Part shown: one piece after another, positions 28,377-38,330 of the stretch
How the letters are laid out: each line of letters opens with the position of its first letter
How positions within the stretch are numbered: the stretch's first letter is position 1
Notes under the pieces: model-generated
Told to the model about the DNA's origin: nothing
What the model saw: only the letters and a program-made list of their open reading frames with translations
Databases searched by the model: none
IMG/VR virus record: IMGVR_UViG_3300042430_003153
Strand: one strand, 5' to 3'
Source of the DNA: a virus
Taxonomy: Duplodnaviria; Heunggongvirae; Uroviricota; Caudoviricetes
Length of the DNA: 64,000 bases
Made by a program: the position numbers and the translations under genes

Positions 28377-30158
28377 ATGCAAGAAGATATTCAAAATCAA
28401 GAAACAGAAGAAGTAAGAAAAGAACCACTTATTGGTGAGTTCAAACCAAAACGTAAATTCCTAAACTTTGTTTCTGCTGTTAATGGAGCTCGTATTCGTT
28501 TCATCCGTGACGTTGCCTTTCTCAAAGGTGAGAAACTATCCGGAGTTTTAGAAGGAGCTATTTTTAAAATCACTATCTGTGATGAAGGAACAATCAATAT
28601 CGAAGAACAAGAAGGAACAAATCTTTCTGATAAAGCCATGCTTCAACGATTACTTAACGAAATCGATGAAATGGATGTTACAGGATACGCTCAGAAATTT
28701 ATTGTTGGTAGTTTAGAATTCGCTGATGTAAAAGGTGACCGTTGCTATTTAGAAGTAGAACATCAAAAACCAATTGATAAATTAAAGTCTTTGTTTGATG
28801 AAGATGAAAAAGTAGAAGTATCTGAAAAGAGTTTAAGTTTACTTGATGATTTATTTGGTAGTAATGATGAGGATGAATTTGACGAAGACCACGCACTTTC
28901 AGAAGTGATGAATTCTATGTTAGACGATCTTTCGGAAGAGGATATCAAAACTATTGTAGAAGAAGTAGAAAACCCGTCTGAACCTAATGACAAACTAAAA
29001 GTTGCAGCTGAGTCTTATATGGAACAACAATTCCGTAAGATGAATGAAGCAAAAATCATTGAGTTGGAATATCGTATTGAAGAAACTCAAAAAGAAATCA
29101 TTCGATATAAAAATGAGGCTAAACAAGCAGAACAAAAAGCTGAAGAGAAAAAAGAATCACTTGGTATTTTAGAAACTCGACTTGAAACAATGAAACCGGT
29201 TGATGAACCAAATGGTTATGTCTTTTTTGTATCTGAAGAAATGAAAGATATGGAAGAGTTGGATGAAACCGAGTCTAAAGTAGCGGCTAAGATTGCTGAC
29301 ATTATGAAGTTAAAAACTGATGTCTTAATGAAGATGCTTACTGAAGGTTACTACAAAATCAAAATTGCTAAGTCAGATGATATTACAAATCAAGACTTTG
29401 AATTAGAAAAAGAAGTTTATCAAAAGATTGCTACTTTGGATATCGAAGGTAAGATGAAACTTACTGAAGAAGGATTTGAGTATCGTGGTAAATTAAACTG
29501 GCATCAACTTGTTTCTAAAATGATTAAATCTGGATTTACTCAAGATGAAGAGTTTGATAAACTATGTAATTCAAACTCTTATGAAAGTAAAGAAGAAGAG
29601 AAAGTTGAAGAGAAAGAAGTTGAAACAGTAGAAGTTGAAACAACTACTTCAACTGAAATCAAGTCAAAAGACCTAAGAACATACAATGAAGAAACTACAT
29701 TAGTAGTTGTTGGAACTATTGACCACAATGATAATCGTGATGTTGAAATCACTGATGATTACACTTCATTTGGAGTTTATGTTGGTGATAAAAAAGTTAA
29801 AGGTTTTTATGATTCTGATGGATTTATCTCAATTATGACTTTACCAGAGTTTAAGATTTGGCAAACACAATACCCAGATGCTATGACTGATGGTGGTGGT
29901 ATAGGTTCATTCTTACTACCCCACTTCAAAGGAACTATTGGTATAACTGCTATGGTTGATGGTGAGGGTTATTATTCTACAAAAGTTTTCACATCTGATT
30001 TCGACTTGAGTGATTACATTCAACATCAAGATGAAATGGAAGACGCTGAAGTGTTTTTAACACTTCCTGAAGGAACTGAGATTATGAAGATGGATGATTA
30101 TCATAAAGTTCCAGTTGCCTCAATGAGAGATATTAAAATTGATAAAATTGTTGAATAA
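28377..30158 (+). CDS. large acidic protein with central coiled-coil
   Basis: 593 aa with long E/K-rich helical segments. Confidence 0.55.
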   Translation: MQEDIQNQETEEVRKEPLIGEFKPKRKFLNFVSAVNGARIRFIRDVAFLKGEKLSGVLEGAIFKITICDEGTINIEEQEGTNLSDKAMLQRLLNEIDEMDVTGYAQKFIVGSLEFADVKGDRCYLEVEHQKPIDKLKSLFDEDEKVEVSEKSLSLLDDLFGSNDEDEFDEDHALSEVMNSMLDDLSEEDIKTIVEEVENPSEPNDKLKVAAESYMEQQFRKMNEAKIIELEYRIEETQKEIIRYKNEAKQAEQKAEEKKESLGILETRLETMKPVDEPNGYVFFVSEEMKDMEELDETESKVAAKIADIMKLKTDVLMKMLTEGYYKIKIAKSDDITNQDFELEKEVYQKIATLDIEGKMKLTEEGFEYRGKLNWHQLVSKMIKSGFTQDEEFDKLCNSNSYESKEEEKVEEKEVETVEVETTTSTEIKSKDLRTYNEETTLVVVGTIDHNDNRDVEITDDYTSFGVYVGDKKVKGFYDSDGFISIMTLPEFKIWQTQYPDAMTDGGGIGSFLLPHFKGTIGITAMVDGEGYYSTKVFTSDFDLSDYIQHQDEMEDAEVFLTLPEGTEIMKMDDYHKVPVASMRDIKIDKIVE

Positions 30159-30216
30159 ACAAACATTCAATTGATAAAAAGTATAATTAGAAATAATAAT
30201 TTAAATAAAATTTTAT

Positions 30217-30675
30217 ATGAAAAAAACACCCTTTAAAGCCAAGTTAACTAGAGCAAAAAGAATTTTCAGAATTATCTATCTGAAAGCTATTAGAAGTTTC
30301 AAAAATAGTAAAGTAAAGAAACCGTCTAAATTGAGTGATGCTGAGTCGACAGCTTGTGAGATTTTCTTGACTATTCTACATAATAAAGATAGCAAGTTAT
30401 ATTATGATATTCAAACACAGGAGTGTTATATTAGTTCAGGTGACAAAACTCTTTTTGTTTTCTTAGAGGCAAATAATGTAAAAATTATAAACTCTGTTTT
30501 CGGATATGATGTTCATGTCAAAGCAGAACTTGAATCTTACTTACTTGAAAAGTTCATAACAGAAATGGGTAAAAGAAGAAATGCTTTTAAAAATGAAGTA
30601 CTTTCTAAAATCAATCACTCATTAGATAGCACACTTACAAGAATTAAAGATTCTGATTTAAAATATAAGTCTTAA
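30217..30675 (+). CDS. hypothetical basic protein
   Basis: 152 aa ORF. Confidence 0.45.
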   Translation: MKKTPFKAKLTRAKRIFRIIYLKAIRSFKNSKVKKPSKLSDAESTACEIFLTILHNKDSKLYYDIQTQECYISSGDKTLFVFLEANNVKIINSVFGYDVHVKAELESYLLEKFITEMGKRRNAFKNEVLSKINHSLDSTLTRIKDSDLKYKS

Positions 30676-30699
30676 GTTGTATTATCAAATAATAAATAC

Positions 30700-30707
30700 T
30701 ATATTTG
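30700..30707 (+). promoter_or_regulatory. Bacteroidetes-type -7 promoter element TATATTTG
   Basis: 18 nt upstream of the ATG at 30725. Context conserved with 28356..28363. Confidence 0.4.
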
Positions 30708-30724
30708 TAAAAAATAATTAACAA

Positions 30725-32185
30725 ATGATAATTAAGAACATTCACGAAAAATTACTCAACGGTATTCAAACAATGTTGATTGACACTAAAATCAACTTGC
30801 CTTACTACGGTGAGTTCAACCTACACGTCAGTTTCCACGAGCAAGATTCAATTGGAACTTGTGCTGTAAATGTTACCTCAAAAGGTATGAACTTTTACTA
30901 CTCTCCAAAGTTTTTGGAAAATATGTCACAAAAAGAAGTTAACTTTATTACTCTTCACGAGGACTTTCACCTTCTTTTTAACCACCCTCGTAGAACAATC
31001 ACTGGTCAGTATGACCACAAATTGTCTAACATCGCTCAAGATATGATTATCAATCACGTTATCTGGGAAGATATTCCACACGCTTTTGTAGAAATTCCAA
31101 AGTCTCCAGATGGTAAGAATATGGCTCTGTTTGTTCCAAAAGAATATACAGGGAAACTTATCTTTGAAGAGCTTTATGAGTGGTTGAAAGATGAGAAAGA
31201 AAAATGGCAAAAAGAGCAAAAACAGAACTCTGAGTGTCAGTCTTGTAAAGGATCTGGTAAAAAAGACCAATCACAGAAAGGTGACCAACCTGGTGAAGGA
31301 CAACAACCTGGTGAAGGTAAAGGTGAGAAAAAAGATGGTGAAGGAGAAGGTCAGGGAGAGTCTTGTCCAGATTGTCAGGGAACTGGTAACGAAGGAGGTA
31401 ATGACTCTAGTGGAAAACCATCTTATGGGCCTTACGGTAAAAACCCATCAAAAGATGGTGATTCATTAGACACTTGGTCTAAAGAGCAAATCTTCCAAGA
31501 TATGGAAAACGGTAACGGTGAGTATCTTGACAAACACATCGGTGATGATGTTCCTGAGGAACTGAGAGATGCGATGGTGAAAGATGTGATGGAAAGACTT
31601 GCGGCTCGTGGACTATCAGCGGGTAATGTTGAGCAAACACTTAACAAACTTCGTAAGAAACGTAAAGATTATCTTCGTGAAATCAAAAGAGCGGTTTCTA
31701 ATATGATTTTTGGAACTGTTAAAGAAAGAACTATCGTTAAACCTAATCGTAAGGGTATCTCTGGTTTGAAAGGAGCTCGTAAAGTGAAAACTAAGATTAA
31801 TGTTGGTCTTGATACTTCTGGTTCAATGGGTGGTCAGGGAACGTTTGAAAGAGTTCTCTCATATGTTTACAGAAACGATATTGAAATCAATTTCATGGAA
31901 AGTGATACTCAAGTAAACTGGGTAGAGAACATCAAAAGTAAAAGACAACTTGAAAGTATTCCGATTAAAGGATTAGGTGGAACCTGTTTACAACCAATGA
32001 TTGACTACATTGTAGAACATCACAACGATTGTAATAGTGTCTTATTGACAGATGGTTACACCGATACTCTTGATTTTTCAAAAGTAAGAGGTAGAGTTTT
32101 GATTATCTCGGTTGGTGTTAAGTGTCCAATTTCAAGAACCAATGGTAAGGTGAAACAAATTACCATTGAGGGTAATGAAAAGTAA
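30725..32185 (+). CDS. metallopeptidase-domain + VWA-domain protein (DUF2201/PF13203-PF09967-like) with Gly-rich linker containing two CxxCxGxG zinc knuckles
   Basis: LHEDFHLLFNH (HExxH), C-terminal MIDAS-like DTSGSMGG, and linker CQSCKGSG / CPDCQGTG. Confidence 0.7.
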   Translation: MIIKNIHEKLLNGIQTMLIDTKINLPYYGEFNLHVSFHEQDSIGTCAVNVTSKGMNFYYSPKFLENMSQKEVNFITLHEDFHLLFNHPRRTITGQYDHKLSNIAQDMIINHVIWEDIPHAFVEIPKSPDGKNMALFVPKEYTGKLIFEELYEWLKDEKEKWQKEQKQNSECQSCKGSGKKDQSQKGDQPGEGQQPGEGKGEKKDGEGEGQGESCPDCQGTGNEGGNDSSGKPSYGPYGKNPSKDGDSLDTWSKEQIFQDMENGNGEYLDKHIGDDVPEELRDAMVKDVMERLAARGLSAGNVEQTLNKLRKKRKDYLREIKRAVSNMIFGTVKERTIVKPNRKGISGLKGARKVKTKINVGLDTSGSMGGQGTFERVLSYVYRNDIEINFMESDTQVNWVENIKSKRQLESIPIKGLGGTCLQPMIDYIVEHHNDCNSVLLTDGYTDTLDFSKVRGRVLIISVGVKCPISRTNGKVKQITIEGNEK

Positions 32186-32190
32186 AAAAA

Positions 32191-32216
32191 GTCTCAGAGA
32201 AATCTGAGACTTTTTT
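32191..32216 (+). terminator. rho-independent terminator
   Basis: Stem GTCTCAGAGAAATCTGAGAC followed by TTTTTTATTT. Confidence 0.6.
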
Positions 32217-32249
32217 ATTTTTGACCAAAATTATTTAATATATAGTCAT

Positions 32250-33944
32250 ATGAAATTGTTCAAATATGACGAATTTATCACTGAGTCTCAGTTACACTTC
32301 TTATTGGAAGCTAATGTGAATTTTACAAAAGAATTTATATCTATTTTGGGTAGAGTTGATTCTCCTATTTCTAAAAAACTTATTGATATTGAAGGTAGAG
32401 AGATTGATATAAATCAAAATTATATTGGTATAAATAAAGAAAAAACAGACACGATTTTCTTTAAACCAGATGATAAAGTTGGTAAAGTTGCTAAAGTAGT
32501 TAGTCAAAATGGAATTTATCCACAAATCACATATCAACTTAGTAAAATTGAAGGCAGTGGAGTTGATAAGTATGAAGAGTCTGACTTTGTAAATCCTGAA
32601 AACGATACAGTTGGTCAAGTTGTAAAAGAATATTCTTTAGAAGAAATAAGTAATTTTCTTCCTGACTATAGATCAAACTTACAGTATATGTTTATTACTG
32701 AAAATCCACTTGTTCTTTTTCAATGGATTAAAGATAGGAAAAAATATCAAATTTTAATCAATAAAAATTCCATCAACACTGGACCAGAAGCTGTTCGTAG
32801 TTCAGAGATAGCTGTTGGTAGATTTGTTAGAGCTATACTTACAAAGGCTGGTCATAAATTCACAGATGCTGAAATTGAACAATTTGTTTACAAGTATAGA
32901 GCTGAAGTAGAAAAAGAAAAGAATGTATTAGATTTAAGATTTAAAGTTGTTGAAGGAAGTGATATTAAAAAATACTATCATAAAAGTATGTATGAGAGTG
33001 AATCTGGAAGTTTAGGAAGTTCGTGTATGCGTTATGATAGATGTCAGAGCTATTTAAGTATTTATACAGATAATAGTCAATGTAAACTTTTATTATTAAT
33101 GTCAGAAACAGAACCTGATAAAATTTGTGGAAGAGCTATACTTTGGGAGATGGAACCTTATGAACTATCTACAAAAGTTATGGAAAGAATTTATAGTACT
33201 AGAACCGCAGATGAACAGTTGTTCAAAGAGTGGGCTATTAAAAATGGATACTGGTTTAAATCAAAACAAGACTTTAGTGAATATACTGAATTTGAATTTC
33301 ATAAAGAAGATGGAACTGTTGAGAAAAGACAGGGTGAGTTCTCTGTCAAATTAGACAATAAAGGTGAATATTCATATTATCCTTATATGGATTCATTTAA
33401 GTATTATGATCCATATAAAGGTGTTCTTTATAACTCATCAAACTTTGATTATGAATATGAACTAACTGATACAGAAGGTGGAAATGGTTCTTGTTCTGAG
33501 TGTGGTGGTAGTGGTAGAGTTGAGTGTGGTGATTGTGATGGTGATGGAACCAAAGAATGTTACGAATGTGATGGAAATGGTTCTGTTAGTTGTGAAGACT
33601 GTGATGGAGGGGGTAAAGAAGACTGTAATGTCTGTGATGGTGAAGGTGAAATTGAATGTTCAACCTGTGATGGAAATGGTCAAGATGATTGTGATGATTG
33701 TGGTGGTGATGGTGAAATCGATGGTGAGGAATGTGAAAGTTGTTCAGGAAGTGGAAAACAAGATTGTTCAGATTGTTCTGGTGAAGGTAAAAAAGAATGC
33801 TACAAATGTGATGGTGATGGAAACTACGAATGTAAAAACTGTGACGGTGAAGGTAGTTTAGAATGTGATGATTGTGATGGATCAGGTGAAAAAGAGTGTT
33901 ACAATTGTGATGGTAATGGTAGACACAGTTGTCCAGAATGTTAA
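32250..33944 (+). CDS. CTS-bearing protein with C-terminal array of 13 DnaJ-type CxxCxGxG zinc-knuckle repeats
   Basis: N-terminus MKLFKYDEFITES. Last ~155 aa are CxxCxGxGxxE repeats with 11-aa period, ending CPEC. Confidence 0.6.
   Translation: MKLFKYDEFITESQLHFLLEANVNFTKEFISILGRVDSPISKKLIDIEGREIDINQNYIGINKEKTDTIFFKPDDKVGKVAKVVSQNGIYPQITYQLSKIEGSGVDKYEESDFVNPENDTVGQVVKEYSLEEISNFLPDYRSNLQYMFITENPLVLFQWIKDRKKYQILINKNSINTGPEAVRSSEIAVGRFVRAILTKAGHKFTDAEIEQFVYKYRAEVEKEKNVLDLRFKVVEGSDIKKYYHKSMYESESGSLGSSCMRYDRCQSYLSIYTDNSQCKLLLLMSETEPDKICGRAILWEMEPYELSTKVMERIYSTRTADEQLFKEWAIKNGYWFKSKQDFSEYTEFEFHKEDGTVEKRQGEFSVKLDNKGEYSYYPYMDSFKYYDPYKGVLYNSSNFDYEYELTDTEGGNGSCSECGGSGRVECGDCDGDGTKECYECDGNGSVSCEDCDGGGKEDCNVCDGEGEIECSTCDGNGQDDCDDCGGDGEIDGEECESCSGSGKQDCSDCSGEGKKECYKCDGDGNYECKNCDGEGSLECDDCDGSGEKECYNCDGNGRHSCPEC
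33478..33944 (+). repeat. degenerate 33-bp tandem repeat (coding for CxxCxGxG units)
   Basis: tgtgatggtgatgg-type units recur every 33 nt. They also create a spurious alternate-frame ORF (33478..33861). Confidence 0.7.
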
Positions 33945-33946
33945 TT

Positions 33947-34471
33947 TCAATTCTTATAAAATGCTAAAACTAATTTTTGAGCTTTAAATATATTAGGATC
34001 TTTGGATCCTAGTTTAGCCGTATTGAGTGGAATGTTTTCTTTTATCTTATCAAGGTCTTCAAAGTACATATAACTCCAGTGATAATTAACATAGATATAA
34101 TTTGGAATTAAATCATAATTATCAAATAAATAATCTTTTAACATTTCATAAGCTTCTGATGTTTCGTCTATATTATATGTATGTAGTTCTGACGTATTAA
34201 ATTCTATTGTTAATGAATTACCAGTTCTTGATTTAGTGTATTTATCAATATCACCAGAGTTTAAACATTTTGAGCCACCTGTTTTATCATCATTGAACAA
34301 ATTCCAATCAATTACAACAGAGGATCCAACTTTGATGTCATAATCTAAACCCATTTGTTCAAAGTCAATTAATATATGTTCTAATTCTACTAAATCAATT
34401 TCAGATTCTAACAAACTCTTCTTGACACCGCGTAAGTTTTCAAATACTCTAAAATTTTTAATAAACTTCAT
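33947..34471 (-). CDS. hypothetical protein with CTS-like N-terminus
   Basis: N-terminus MKFIKNFRVFENLRG. 174 aa. Confidence 0.5.
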   Translation of the reverse strand: MKFIKNFRVFENLRGVKKSLLESEIDLVELEHILIDFEQMGLDYDIKVGSSVVIDWNLFNDDKTGGSKCLNSGDIDKYTKSRTGNSLTIEFNTSELHTYNIDETSEAYEMLKDYLFDNYDLIPNYIYVNYHWSYMYFEDLDKIKENIPLNTAKLGSKDPNIFKAQKLVLAFYKN

Positions 34472-34504
34472 AAACTATATATAAAATAATAGATATTAAA
34501 AGAG

Positions 34505-34512
34505 TATATTTG
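34505..34512 (+). promoter_or_regulatory. Bacteroidetes-type -7 promoter element TATATTTG (context TATATTTGTATTATG shared with 19520)
   Basis: Motif ends 4 nt before the ATG at 34517. Confidence 0.45.
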
Positions 34513-34516
34513 TATT

Positions 34517-35083
34517 ATGAAAGTAATGTTTTTAGATTTTGATGGTGTAATGTGTCTTTCTGAGCAGTGGGGTGGTCGTGCTAAAAAAATGCTAAAATTT
34601 AAAAAAGAATTTCCTGGTTCATCTGAAGATGATATGCCAGCTTGGATTAAGTTAGACAACTTTGATTTTAAATCAACTAAAGTTCTTAATTCAATCTTAC
34701 TTCATTATGATGTTGAAATAGTTGTTAGTTCAGATTGGAAGTTGTTCGCTACTTTAGAAGAACTTCAAGATATGTTTGATAAATACGGTGTTATCAAATC
34801 ACCAATTGATGTTACTCCTACTCTTGTTAAGTATGAGTCTAAATCTCAATTCACACAATCTGAACTTGAGCAGTGGAGAGTTAAAGAAATCAAAATGTGG
34901 TTGGATCAACATCCAGAAGTAACCAATTGGGTTGCTATTGATGATATGGATTTAGGTGAAAAGTTTGGACCAGTTTCTGGTAATTCAAATGGTGGTTTAT
35001 CTAATTTTGTTGTCACTAAACAATATATTGGAATTAAACAATCTGGAATAAAAGAAAAAATCATTAAATTTTTAAATGATTAA
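34517..35083 (+). CDS. HAD-superfamily hydrolase-like protein (possible nucleotidase/3'-phosphatase)
   Basis: N-terminal FLDFDGV motif resembles HAD motif I (DxDGT/V). Rest is weakly supportive. Confidence 0.45.
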   Translation: MKVMFLDFDGVMCLSEQWGGRAKKMLKFKKEFPGSSEDDMPAWIKLDNFDFKSTKVLNSILLHYDVEIVVSSDWKLFATLEELQDMFDKYGVIKSPIDVTPTLVKYESKSQFTQSELEQWRVKEIKMWLDQHPEVTNWVAIDDMDLGEKFGPVSGNSNGGLSNFVVTKQYIGIKQSGIKEKIIKFLND

Positions 35084-35573
35084 TGTTTTAGAAATGGATA
35101 TGAGTATTGAATACAAGCTCGCGTGGAATGTAGCCGCTCGATCTTGTTATCAAATATTCTATAGTCTTCCAGACTGTATGTTACTTTATAGACACCAGAT
35201 ATCAGAACCATATGTCTGGACTAAATTTGGTTGTAATCATCCTGATAAAATAAAATTAGAAAAACTTGATGGTAGAAATCTAATGTTATTTCATGTTGAT
35301 GTTTATAAAGAAGATACTAATAAATTTAAAGACCTAATTGATTACTGTCAATCTAATAACATTGATATGTGGATACCTTTTCCTCTAAAAAATCTTTGGA
35401 GAAATGAAGAACCACATCTCCAAATAATGAAAGATATATTGGGTGGTTATCAATGCAACACTTATGATTTAACTGGTATGAATTACAGAAGTGAAAATGA
35501 AATAAATGGTTTAATAATAGAAAAAACGAAACCTATATTCAGAGATATTAAATTGAGAAATTTATTTGATTAG
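35076..35573 (+). CDS. hypothetical protein
   Basis: 165 aa ORF. Confidence 0.45.
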   Translation: MINVLEMDMSIEYKLAWNVAARSCYQIFYSLPDCMLLYRHQISEPYVWTKFGCNHPDKIKLEKLDGRNLMLFHVDVYKEDTNKFKDLIDYCQSNNIDMWIPFPLKNLWRNEEPHLQIMKDILGGYQCNTYDLTGMNYRSENEINGLIIEKTKPIFRDIKLRNLFD

Positions 35574-35824
35574 TATTCTATTTTCTCAACATCATCCAAA
35601 TCAACATAGTATTCTCCACCATCAATTTCAACGGTAATTAAACCATCTTCATCTATATCAATCGGTGTGATTGGATCTTTAGGATCATTATCGGGATATT
35701 CTTTTACAATAGTTGAATAGATAACACCTCTTTCTTTAATACAGTTGATAATATCATCAATTGTAATTAGAGTTCCTTCTTCGTTATTTTGCTTGAAATC
35801 TTCAAATAATTTTATCCATTTCAT
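35570..35824 (-). CDS. hypothetical acidic protein with CTS-like N-terminus
   Basis: N-terminus MKWIKLFEDFKQNNEE. D/E-rich 84 aa. Confidence 0.45.
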   Translation of the reverse strand: MKWIKLFEDFKQNNEEGTLITIDDIINCIKERGVIYSTIVKEYPDNDPKDPITPIDIDEDGLITVEIDGGEYYVDLDDVEKIEY

Positions 35825-35857
35825 AATTCTATATATAAAAAATAATATATAAGAAGT

Positions 35858-36748
35858 ATGAAATATATCAAAAAATTCAACGAAGAGTTATATCCTAAGA
35901 CTTATAGAAGTGCTGGTAGTAAATTAGATTATTATAATAAGTCAAAAAATGCAGCAAAACTATTTGATTTTGCTGATGAAAAGGAGTTTGGTTTTTATAA
36001 TATGAATTGGGCAAATAATAATCCAAGCATTACAATAAAAGATTCATCTTTTACTGAACCTAGATTGACTGGTATTTATTATGCTTCAACTCCAACAAAA
36101 TACAAAGATGAATTTAAAGGTTTTAATGGAATGTCATATGGAAAAGATGCAGAAACGTTAGCAGAAGATTTAGTTGAAAGGTGGAAATTGGGTCAGGATG
36201 GACTTAATATAAGTTTTGAGTTTTCATTTAAGGCTACAAGAGAAACTGTTGAAAAAAGTGGTAGAAGCACAAATTTTTGTTGGAATGCTAATAATCCTAC
36301 TGCTAAAGAAGTAAAAGCCTTTAACTTACAAATAGACTTAAGTGAATGGTATAATGGAATTGATGATTGGGATGCTGATGCTAGATGGGATGCTGAATAC
36401 GATGGTGTAGAATTTACTCCAACTACTTTGATAGAATTTTATAATTGGTCTGCATGTTATAATGTGATGATAAAAAACCCTAATGATAGTCAATATGGTA
36501 TTTTCAGTGATAGAAAGTCAGCAATTAAATTTAAAAACTGGTTATTAACTAATCACTTAGATGATATCAAAGATGCTATTATGAATGTTTTAAGAGTTGT
36601 TGGTGGTACATCTGAAAATATTGAAAAAGCGGTTGATGCTTTTACAAAAATGAAAATTCAAGGTCTTTATGATGATGATTTACCAACTCGTGGTGGATCT
36701 GGTGATTGGATTCGTAGTAGATGGTATGAAAAAGATATAAGTATATGA
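35858..36748 (+). CDS. paralog family member 1 (CTS-like N-terminus, conserved C-terminal FxxRxxAxKFKNxL motif)
   Basis: MKYIKKFNEELYPKTYRSAGSKL ... FSDRKSAIKFKNWLL. Confidence 0.6.
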   Translation: MKYIKKFNEELYPKTYRSAGSKLDYYNKSKNAAKLFDFADEKEFGFYNMNWANNNPSITIKDSSFTEPRLTGIYYASTPTKYKDEFKGFNGMSYGKDAETLAEDLVERWKLGQDGLNISFEFSFKATRETVEKSGRSTNFCWNANNPTAKEVKAFNLQIDLSEWYNGIDDWDADARWDAEYDGVEFTPTTLIEFYNWSACYNVMIKNPNDSQYGIFSDRKSAIKFKNWLLTNHLDDIKDAIMNVLRVVGGTSENIEKAVDAFTKMKIQGLYDDDLPTRGGSGDWIRSRWYEKDISI

Positions 36749-37470
36749 AATATTTAAAGAGATTTAACGAAGAATTAAGACCACAGACTTATATGTCTGC
36801 TGCTAGAAAACTTGACAAATTAGGTCATCATGATAGAGCAAATGCCCTAAAAGACTGGGCTAAAGAAACTGAGAAAAAAGAAGAAATGATTAAGTGGCAA
36901 GACCACATTCAAGATTATGCTCAGTTTGGAACATTTAAGATGACTATAAAAAATCCAGAAACTAACGAGACTTTGACAGGTGACTTTCACTTAGATGTTA
37001 ACTTTGATGATTTGGCATTTGGTGATGAACCAGAAAGTGGTATTACTTTTTTTATAGGTTTAATTCCAACATCTGAAGATTTAATCTATCAGTATATGGA
37101 ACTTTGTCCAGATTATGATTTTGGAAACGGTTTCTTCTGGGGCAAGATATTTACTTTAGGATATGAATTAGAAGATACGGTTAAATTTACTAAATGGAAT
37201 ATGTGGGACTATGATGATGAAATGAACGGTAAAGTCAATTTTGCTGATAGAGCATCTGCTAATAAGTTTAAGAATTTACTTATTCAAATATTTAGTAACC
37301 CGCAATTAGGTTACCCATCTGGACACACGGATGCTGATGACTTATATGAAAAATTAACAAATTGTATCCTAGCTGAGAATTCATTTTCTTCTGATTATGG
37401 ATTTAGATTAGAGGATGCTGCTGAATACATAAGAACAATATCACCAAATTTACTTTCTTCTACACTATGA
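36745..37470 (+). CDS. paralog family member 2
   Basis: MKYLKRFNEELRPQTYMSAARKLDKLGH ... FADRASANKFKNLLI. Start overlaps the upstream stop. Confidence 0.6.
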   Translation: MKYLKRFNEELRPQTYMSAARKLDKLGHHDRANALKDWAKETEKKEEMIKWQDHIQDYAQFGTFKMTIKNPETNETLTGDFHLDVNFDDLAFGDEPESGITFFIGLIPTSEDLIYQYMELCPDYDFGNGFFWGKIFTLGYELEDTVKFTKWNMWDYDDEMNGKVNFADRASANKFKNLLIQIFSNPQLGYPSGHTDADDLYEKLTNCILAENSFSSDYGFRLEDAAEYIRTISPNLLSSTL

Positions 37471-38327
37471 GATATTTAAAAAGATTTAATGAAGAGTTAA
37501 AAGCATCTACTTACAAAAAAGCAGGTGAAAAATTTACTCAGATGGGTCACAAAAGAAGAGGTGCTGAATTATTAGATTATGCAACTCAAGTTGAATTAAG
37601 AGAAAAATCTGATAAACTTTTACAAGCTCAAAATGTAAATAAAGAGTTTGGTTTATTTGATATTACAGTGGCAAGAGGTTATGGGTCAAATAAGAAAGAT
37701 ATATTTTCTGGTCAATTTTATCTACAGATGTGTTTAGAATCTGATTGGTTTAAAGACCAGTTACATGATTGGTTAGGTGAAGGTATGACTTGGTCAATGG
37801 GAATTGCTATGGAATTTGCCATTATACCAGCTGATGATGAGACACTTAAAATGTTTGAAACAAGCGAAGATTCCGATATTATATATTTTAGAAATAACTC
37901 TATGTGGAGTGATGACTATAGATACTGGACTAATAGATTATGGCTTAATCTTTTTGGTAAAGGTGGGGTTCCTTCTTATACATGTGGATCTGGTGGATTT
38001 GAAGATAGAGATGGATTTACGTTTCACTTTAATTCTAGATCAGAGGCTATGAAATTTAAAAACTTGTTATCTAATACATTAGAAGGAAAATCAAATTGGG
38101 GTGCTTGGAATGAAAGAACAATTGCTGACCAATTAAAATCAACGCTTAGTTTAGATGAAGAGTTGTGGAGAAAAAAACTGATGGATCATTACTTAAATGG
38201 TAGAGAAGATGAATATGATTTAACAGATCCAGATACCTGGCCAAAAAATCCTTTTGGAGAAGATACCTATAAAGGTGCTGTTGATGCTGCTAAGAGAATG
38301 TCAGTAAATGGTTTATATAGAGATTAA
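37467..38327 (+). CDS. paralog family member 3
   Basis: MRYLKRFNEELKASTYKKAGEKFTQMGH ... FNSRSEAMKFKNLLS. Start overlaps the upstream stop. Confidence 0.6.
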   Translation: MRYLKRFNEELKASTYKKAGEKFTQMGHKRRGAELLDYATQVELREKSDKLLQAQNVNKEFGLFDITVARGYGSNKKDIFSGQFYLQMCLESDWFKDQLHDWLGEGMTWSMGIAMEFAIIPADDETLKMFETSEDSDIIYFRNNSMWSDDYRYWTNRLWLNLFGKGGVPSYTCGSGGFEDRDGFTFHFNSRSEAMKFKNLLSNTLEGKSNWGAWNERTIADQLKSTLSLDEELWRKKLMDHYLNGREDEYDLTDPDTWPKNPFGEDTYKGAVDAAKRMSVNGLYRD

Positions 38328-38330
38328 AAG

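Noticed and set aside
33478-33861. 127-aa ORF MEMVLVLSVVVVV... inside the zinc-knuckle gene
   Set aside because: It is an artefact of the 33-bp tandem repeat read in another frame. The in-frame CxxCxGxG reading is the biologically meaningful one.
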